DNA of 21,695 nucleotides from Candidatus Bipolaricaulia bacterium (lineage in GTDB: Bacteria > Bipolaricaulota > Bipolaricaulia > RBG-16-55-9), in assembly GCA_042219045.1 (NCBI GenBank), contig JBDGQO010000004.1:79237-100931 (forward strand), in the 5' to 3' direction. The notes below the pieces were generated by a model that was not told where the DNA came from, ran no database searches, and saw only the letters and a program-made list of their open reading frames with translations. Positions within the stretch are counted from its first letter, which is position 1; each line of letters begins with the position of its first letter. A program made the translations under genes and the position numbers. Positions 16,033-21,695 of this stretch are shown piece after piece.

Positions 16033-16527
16033 ATGATCGGATTTATCGTTGCGGCGACTTATGCGGTACTCCGCTGGACGCTCTATCCCGTGTTGCAGGA
16101 AACGGTCTTCATTGAGGCGAGCTGGCTCCTGTTCGGCTGGTATCTCGTCACGGGAAGCGTCATGGTCGCCACGGCCGTGCTCGTCTGGGCTGGGGACTTC
16201 GGCAGCGAGGGCGCCCGCATGCGGCACGGCGTCGCGACGCCGTTGGCCTGGGCGCTCGGGCTGGCACGCGTGCCCATGGCCTCGCTCACGCCGACGGTGG
16301 CGCTCGCCGTTCGGCGCTTCGCTTTGGTTCTCGGCGCGTTCTGGTTGACTCGGGGCCTCCAGGCGGTGGGAGCCGAGTTCGTGCGGGACGAGCCGGTGCT
16401 GATCATGGGCGGGGTTACGGTCGGCATCGGCCTGCTGCTGGGGGGGCTCCGTCGGCCGATGCGTCGACTGGCGAAGTCGCCCCGGTTGGACGCCGAGCCG
16501 ACCCCGCTCCATCGCGACGTGACGTAA
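16033..16527 (+). CDS. Hypothetical membrane protein (164 aa)
   Basis: Several hydrophobic segments. GGAGG lies 13 nt upstream. No recognisable family. Confidence 0.6.
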   Translation: MIGFIVAATYAVLRWTLYPVLQETVFIEASWLLFGWYLVTGSVMVATAVLVWAGDFGSEGARMRHGVATPLAWALGLARVPMASLTPTVALAVRRFALVLGAFWLTRGLQAVGAEFVRDEPVLIMGGVTVGIGLLLGGLRRPMRRLAKSPRLDAEPTPLHRDVT

Positions 16528-16603
16528 CGGGGGGGCAAGCGCCTTGAGGTTGCGGCCATCGTTCCTTAGGGTCGAACTGTTCGGGGATTGACGTGCCCAA
16601 AGT

Positions 16604-17254
16604 ATGCTGAAGCGTCTTGTTTACGGCATTCTCGCACCGCTGTTCAAACTGGCGATGAAGGGGCTCTTTCGCTTGCGCGTCGAGGGCCTAGAAAACGTCC
16701 CGGATGATGGGGCGCTGCTGGTTGCGCGCCACCAGAGCTATTGGGACATCACATTGCTCATCGGGGCGATTGGCCTCCGACGGCATATTCTGTTCATCGC
16801 GCGGCGCTCGTTGATGCGCAATCCCGTGTTCTATCCCTTCATCAAGTACTTCACGGTTCCCATCAATCGAGATCAATTCAGCAAGGCGGACTTCCGCCGC
16901 GTGGCGGACGCGCTGGAATCCGAGCGCCTCGTCGGGATATTTCCGGAGGGGACGACGCGTCAGTCGGCCGAGGTCCGGCTCGGCGTGGTCCGCTTTGCCG
17001 AGCGGACCCGAAAACCCTTCGTGCCGATCTGTCTCCTCAACGACGGGCCATATCCGCCCGACTACCCGTGGGGATTTCCGCGCATTACCGCTCGAATCGG
17101 CCGGCCGTTCAGTCTGGCAGAGCTCAAAGAGGACATTGAGGGCCTGGATGAGATGTCGAAGCAAGACCGTTACGATATCCTGACTCAGGCGCTCATGGAC
17201 CGGATCGATCGCTTGGCCACGGAGCCGTCGGCGGCGGAAACCCCCTCGAAATGA
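16604..17254 (+). CDS. plsC: 1-acyl-sn-glycerol-3-phosphate acyltransferase
   Basis: HxxxxD motif (HQSYWD), V.INR, IFPEGT. Usual position upstream of rpsA. Confidence 0.88.
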   Translation: MLKRLVYGILAPLFKLAMKGLFRLRVEGLENVPDDGALLVARHQSYWDITLLIGAIGLRRHILFIARRSLMRNPVFYPFIKYFTVPINRDQFSKADFRRVADALESERLVGIFPEGTTRQSAEVRLGVVRFAERTRKPFVPICLLNDGPYPPDYPWGFPRITARIGRPFSLAELKEDIEGLDEMSKQDRYDILTQALMDRIDRLATEPSAAETPSK

Positions 17255-17276
17255 GCAAATCGGACTGTAAGCGAGA

Positions 17277-17305
17277 TTGCATCGGTCTCAGCCAAGTGCT
17301 ATGAT
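17277..17305 (+). promoter_or_regulatory. Promoter of rpsA (with extended -10)
   Basis: TTGCAT, 17 bp, TATGAT, preceded by TGn (TGCTATGAT). Confidence 0.75.
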
Positions 17306-17426
17306 GGGGTTCGATGCCGGCGCCGCCCATCTGCACCACCCCCGAGGCAGACGCGTTCCAATCAGGGCATTGCGCCAGTGATCCTTGAGTTCGGGGGAGA
17401 ATCCGACGAACGTGGGTGAATCCGTG

Positions 17427-19334
17427 ATGGCAGAGAACCGGATGGAAGAATTCCTCGAGGAAAAGGACGTCCAAGTCTATAATCGCGGCGACGTCCTGAC
17501 CGGGCACATCGTTCAGGCCACTGACCAAATCATTCTCGTCGATATCGGCTACAAGTCCGAGGCCCAGATGCGCCCGCATGAGCTGGCGCCGTTCCGCGAG
17601 GACGGTGTGGAAACGGGCGACGAGGTCGAGGTGATCATCACCTACATCGACGAGGAAGAGGGGACGATCTTCGTCTCCGAGCGCCAGGCGATCTACGAAA
17701 AGCGCATCGGCGAACTCGAGCAGAAGTACCGCAACGGCGAAGCCGTGCGAGGGGTCGTCGAAGGCGTGGTCAAAAACGCTGGCTATCACGTCAACCTGAA
17801 CGGCATCCGGGCGTTTTTGCCCGGCTCCCATCTGGGCAACGACCTGCCATCGGACATCGAGCAGCTTCGGAGCCAGGAGATTGACCTGAAGATCCTCGAG
17901 CTGAACCGCCGGGACAAGAATCTCGTCGTCTCCCACAAGGAATTCCTCAAAGAGCAGGAGCGCGCCCGCCTCGAGGAGCTGTTCGAGGAGATCAACGTCG
18001 GCGACATCGTCGAGGGCGAGATCAAAAGCATTGTCGACTTCGGGCTGTTCGTCGACATCGGCGGCTTCGAGGGGCTCGTCCACCGGACCGAGATCAGCTG
18101 GAAGGACCTGCCCGCGCCACCGAGCACCTACGACGTCGGCGACACGGTCAACGTGAAGATCCTCGATGTCGACAAGGAGCGCCGACGGATCTCCCTCTCG
18201 ATCAAGCAGACCCGTCCCGATCCGTGGGAGAACATCAAGGAGCGCTATCCCACGGGCGAGACGTTCGAGGGCGAGGTCGTTGCGCTGACGGACTTCGGCG
18301 CCTTCGTGCGCCTCGAAGACGACGTCGAGGGGCTCGTCCACGTCTCGGAGCTGTCGTGGGGCTTCCCCGAAAACCCGAGCGAGGTCGTCCAAGAGGGCGA
18401 TCAGGTCGAGGTCGTCGTGCTCGACGTCGACGAGGAGAACCGGCGCATCAGCCTGAGCATGCGCCAGGCCCAGCCGGATCCGTGGGCCAACATCGAAGAA
18501 AAATATCCCGAAGGTGCGATTGTCACCGGCACCGTGACCAAGCTGCTCGACTTCGGCGCGTTCGTCCAGCTCGAGGAGGGCGTCGAGGCCCTGCTCCACA
18601 TCTCGGAGATGAGCTGGGAGCGCATCAACCATCCGAACGAGGTCGTCGGCGAGGGCGATGAGCTGGAACTGAAGGTCATCAAGTCCGACGGCGAGCGCCG
18701 CAAGATCCGCCTGTCGCTGCGGGAGATGCAGGAGGATCCCTGGCACACCTTCGTGGAAAACTATCCCGTCGGCACCGTCATTGACGGCGAGATTACCGAG
18801 CTGAAGGATTTCGGCGCATTCTGCAAGATCACCGACGAGGTCGAGGGGCTCATCCACGTCTCCGAGATCGCGGAGGAGCACGTCGACCAACCGTCAGACG
18901 TGCTGGAGAAGGGCCAATCCGTCGTGGCACGCATCATCGGCGTCAATGAAGAGAAGCGCCAGGTCCGCCTGTCACTGCGCAACGTCAACGAGCCCCACGA
19001 AGCGGAAAAGCGCCAAGAAGAAGCTCAGGCCGCGCAACCTCAGCGGGCTGCCGAGCCGTCCCGCGGCCCAGAGCGCCAGACCTGGCCGCCGGAACCGACG
19101 GCCGCGGCGTCCTCTTCCGCTTCATCGGCTTCGTCCTCGTCGTCGGCGGCCTCGTCCACGGCGTCGAGCAGCTCCGATGAGGAGTCCGTCGAGGCCGAGG
19201 AGACCGAGACCGGCCACGAGGCCTTGACCATGCGCGAACTCCTCAAGCAGCACGCCGAGGACGCCGACCTGGAGACCGAGGAAGCTGAGGAGACGGACGA
19301 GGGCAGCGACGACGAGACCGACACGTCGTCGTAA
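17427..19334 (+). CDS. rpsA: 30S ribosomal protein S1 with long acidic/Ser-rich tail
   Basis: Six S1 domains ([13 protein letters not shown]; four DFG.FV/C...EGL.H..E..W-type repeats ending R.RISLS). ATG 17427 follows GGGTGA; start uncertain by a few codons. Confidence 0.96.
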   Translation: MAENRMEEFLEEKDVQVYNRGDVLTGHIVQATDQIILVDIGYKSEAQMRPHELAPFREDGVETGDEVEVIITYIDEEEGTIFVSERQAIYEKRIGELEQKYRNGEAVRGVVEGVVKNAGYHVNLNGIRAFLPGSHLGNDLPSDIEQLRSQEIDLKILELNRRDKNLVVSHKEFLKEQERARLEELFEEINVGDIVEGEIKSIVDFGLFVDIGGFEGLVHRTEISWKDLPAPPSTYDVGDTVNVKILDVDKERRRISLSIKQTRPDPWENIKERYPTGETFEGEVVALTDFGAFVRLEDDVEGLVHVSELSWGFPENPSEVVQEGDQVEVVVLDVDEENRRISLSMRQAQPDPWANIEEKYPEGAIVTGTVTKLLDFGAFVQLEEGVEALLHISEMSWERINHPNEVVGEGDELELKVIKSDGERRKIRLSLREMQEDPWHTFVENYPVGTVIDGEITELKDFGAFCKITDEVEGLIHVSEIAEEHVDQPSDVLEKGQSVVARIIGVNEEKRQVRLSLRNVNEPHEAEKRQEEAQAAQPQRAAEPSRGPERQTWPPEPTAAASSSASSASSSSSAASSTASSSSDEESVEAEETETGHEALTMRELLKQHAEDADLETEEAEETDEGSDDETDTSS

Positions 19335-19367
19335 TCCTCGATTCGGGCGTCGGCCTCAACCGTCGTC

Positions 19368-19940
19368 GTGTCCCTGTTGGCGGCGATTCTGCATGCCCTG
19401 CTTGCTTACCTGATCGGCGCGATTCCGTTCAGCTACCTGATCGCTCATGCACGCGGCGTCGACGTGCGCAGCGTCGGCAGCGGCAACGTCGGCGCCACCA
19501 ACGTCGCTCGCGCGGCCGGCTACGGCTACGGGGCGTTGGCCCTGTTGCTCGATCTCGCCAAGGGCGTCGGGGCCGTTGCGATCGGTTGGGGGCTCGGCAC
19601 CCCGCTCTGGCTCGGCGGTCTCGCCGTGATCGGCCACAACTGGAGCGTCTTTCTCAGCTTTCAGGGCGGCAAGGGCGTTGCCACCACGTTGGGGCTTTTG
19701 GGCGCACTGGCTTGGCCCGTGGCTCTGATCACCCTCGGCGTCTGGGGCGCGCTGGTGGGGGCAACGCGCTACGTCTCGGTCGGCTCCGTGGGGTGTCTTT
19801 TGTTGGCGCCGATGTGGCTTCTCGTCTTCGGCTATCCCGCTGCGATCGTGGGGGTGATGGCCCTTCTCGGCCTGCTGAGCGCCTATCGGCATCGGGCGAA
19901 CATTCGGCGGGTGTTATCGGGCGAGGAGTACGGGGTCTGA
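19368..19940 (+). CDS. plsY: Glycerol-3-phosphate acyltransferase (acyl-phosphate)
   Basis: YLIGAIP, GSGNVGATN..R, D..KG, GH..S.FL.F.GGKGVAT, RH..NI.R. Confidence 0.95.
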   Translation: MSLLAAILHALLAYLIGAIPFSYLIAHARGVDVRSVGSGNVGATNVARAAGYGYGALALLLDLAKGVGAVAIGWGLGTPLWLGGLAVIGHNWSVFLSFQGGKGVATTLGLLGALAWPVALITLGVWGALVGATRYVSVGSVGCLLLAPMWLLVFGYPAAIVGVMALLGLLSAYRHRANIRRVLSGEEYGV

Positions 19941-19956
19941 CAAGACGTCCGGAACG

Positions 19957-20847
19957 CTACGTCGGTGTTTTGTCGGTTGCCCTGTGTCGCCACGGCGGCC
20001 AGGCGGGCCTGTGGACGTAGCGCTCCCAAAGGATCTGCCCCTTGCGGTCGACGGGCAAAGGGACAAACATGATGATCAGCATCATCAGCCCGAAGATCGG
20101 CCAATATTGTGGATTGTCGAACCCCCACATGGCGGGATCGAAGTTCGACGCCCCGCTGGCCAGCAGACCGATTTCATCTCCCACCAGATTGACTCCCCAG
20201 TGGGCTGCGATAGCCGTCCACAGACTGCCCGTACGGATGATCAAGATTCCGTTGAAGAGACCCGCAATTGCCGTCGTCACGACGTAAGCAGGTTGGTCTG
20301 GTCTGCCTATAATATGGTATAGGCCAAAGAGCACAGATAAGATGAGCAGGGCTGGAATAGTACCGAGCCTTTGTGAGATGGTTTGGAAGGCGTAACCGCG
20401 AAATAATAGCTCTTCGATGATGGCCACAAAGACCAGTACGTGGATCATTGCAACCAGTCCATCCCAGTTCGGATGCATGACGCGGAAGATCGGCCATTCT
20501 GGAACCAGACCGGCTTGCCAGTACCCGATCGTGTAGAGTGCGATGCTCTGCATCGCAACGCCCAGCGCAAGGCCAAAGACAAAAAGCAAGGGCGTGCGGA
20601 GGTGGACGGAGATCCCAAGCGAGGCGAAGGGACGCCGATCCGCCCAGCGGATCATGATCCACGAAGCCAGGATCACGAGGGACAACCCGGCAAGTCCGTC
20701 ATTCGGGAGATACCATTGAAGGTCATCGTCCGGATAGACCTCGGGTCCCCATGTGTATATGATGACAAGCGCCCCTGAGACCATGAGGGCATAGAACGCA
20801 AAGACTCGCACGAATGCAGCTCTTAAACGTAGCATTAGTCTCATCAT
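19957..20847 (-). CDS. CPBP family (CAAX protease/Abi) intramembrane glutamic peptidase
   Basis: EELLFRG, FGLYH and H...N (HWGVN) motifs, multiple TM segments. Start could be 20847, 20844 or 20835. Confidence 0.88.
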   Translation of the reverse strand: MMRLMLRLRAAFVRVFAFYALMVSGALVIIYTWGPEVYPDDDLQWYLPNDGLAGLSLVILASWIMIRWADRRPFASLGISVHLRTPLLFVFGLALGVAMQSIALYTIGYWQAGLVPEWPIFRVMHPNWDGLVAMIHVLVFVAIIEELLFRGYAFQTISQRLGTIPALLILSVLFGLYHIIGRPDQPAYVVTTAIAGLFNGILIIRTGSLWTAIAAHWGVNLVGDEIGLLASGASNFDPAMWGFDNPQYWPIFGLMMLIIMFVPLPVDRKGQILWERYVHRPAWPPWRHRATDKTPT

Positions 20848-20874
20848 AGGTATGGTATGTTCTGATTCGCAGTT

Positions 20875-20910
20875 GGCATCGCCGCAAGGGGGTTCCCTTG
20901 CGGCGATGCC
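20875..20910. repeat. Perfect 16-bp inverted repeat
   Basis: GGCATCGCCGCAAGGG-GGTT-CCCTTGCGGCGATGCC. Confidence 0.95.
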
Positions 20911-21089
20911 GACGATCAAGAACGCTACTTAGCGCAGAGCTCAAAGCCAAGACCGATGGGATCCTTGATACAGACCCCTTCGGGGCCGCCGACTGGAATT
21001 GTTCCGTCAAGGCCGTCGTCACTATTATCACCCGGATCATTGAAACAACTTGAAGACTCCTCTCTATCATCATTAGATTAGATGCTGCG

Positions 21090-21695
21090 ATGGGCTTATT
21101 GACCGTCCGTGTGTTCCGTCTGTTTCTTCTGGGAATTGGAGCATTGATTGTGGTACTCAGCATCTTGCATTTTGTCAATGGCCCAATTCTTAAACAACAC
21201 ACCATCCTACAGATGTCCTCGACGAACGAGGAAATGAAAGAGACGCTTCACCTTTCGTTGCAGGCAATGACGAGCACACATATGGGGCAAATCACCATCC
21301 ATCACCAGCCTTTTGCAAAAGAACTCGCCATAAATGTTGCAAACAAAATTAAGGAAATATTCACGTTCATAAAAGACGAATTTGGATTCAACCACCTAAA
21401 CCTCACCATCGCCTTGTTCAACCAGCAGAACTACAATCTCTCAGAAGTAGAGGCCGTCCGCATCACCAGAAGAGTCTGGCCCATCTTCGTCTCCAAGGAC
21501 TGGAAACGTGTAAAAGAGACCAATAAGCATTTTCGAACGCAACTCGTCTGGACCTTGCCTCATGAAGCCATCGAGACAAAAATCGCGCAAAGCTTGTATC
21601 TCTTTGATTCAAAGGCTCGATGGTTTGGCGATGGTTTAGCGGAGTACATCGCCTTCAATGTAGCCCTTCACCAAGCTCCCGACATTGCATGCTCC
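21090..21695 (+). CDS. Membrane-anchored/exported gluzincin (peptidase MA)-like protein, 3'-truncated
   Basis: Translated by hand; absent from the track because it has no stop in the window. 202 open codons: MGLLTVRVFRLFLLGIGALIVVLSIL...LPHEAIE...RWFGDGLAEYIA. Confidence 0.75.
   Translation, partial: MGLLTVRVFRLFLLGIGALIVVLSILHFVNGPILKQHTILQMSSTNEEMKETLHLSLQAMTSTHMGQITIHHQPFAKELAINVANKIKEIFTFIKDEFGFNHLNLTIALFNQQNYNLSEVEAVRITRRVWPIFVSKDWKRVKETNKHFRTQLVWTLPHEAIETKIAQSLYLFDSKARWFGDGLAEYIAFNVALHQAPDIACS

Noticed and set aside
17193..18890. 565-aa antisense ORF, plus others such as 6991-8022, 8058-8942, 9164-9946 and 12655-13404
   Set aside because: Shadows of real genes caused by GC-rich codon bias, with no recognisable motifs.
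18001..18980. DNA repeats of the type GACTTCGGCGCCTTCGT / GAGGGGCTCGTCCAC
   Set aside because: Explained by tandem S1 domains. Not CRISPR or a mobile repeat.
20956..21081. 41-aa ORF MGSLIQTPSG... and 20723-21205(-) ORF
   Set aside because: No SD or motif. They overlap the likely promoter region or better-supported genes.
1..21695. CRISPR array, cas genes, transposases, rRNA
   Set aside because: No regularly spaced repeats or matching protein/RNA motifs were seen.

Overview
GC-rich bacterial chromosomal window, mostly housekeeping. Very acidic proteins and a CAP protein with a FlgD/T9SS-CTD-like tail suggest a halotolerant Bipolaricaulota/Acetothermia-like lineage (inference only). Left to right: end of an ABC-2 operon (permease, ATPase, permease); a signal-peptide/coiled-coil/C-terminal-anchor envelope protein (-) divergent from a stand-alone tyrosine recombinase (+); a small membrane protein and tRNA-Leu(CAA) (-) separated by a ~140-nt highly structured RNA-like element; a hypothetical protein; rsmA; ahcY; rpsI-rpmE-cystathionine gamma-lyase-cystathionine beta-synthase; a secreted protein plus MMPL/RND permease; family-5 UDG; CAP-domain secreted protein; membrane protein; plsC-rpsA-plsY; then a lower-GC segment with a CPBP (CAAX/Abi) protease and a truncated zincin-like ORF absent from the ORF track. 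Best candidates for something new: (1) a putative switchable structured RNA leader downstream of tRNA-Leu with a 12-bp helix able to mask the SD and AUG; (2) multiple anti-SD elements around the coiled-coil gene, including one in its terminator loop; (3) a gluzincin-like protein with HExxE-X18-D in place of HExxH-X18-E; (4) rpsI separated from rplM and linked to reverse-transsulfuration genes. All RNA structures were paired by eye, not computed.
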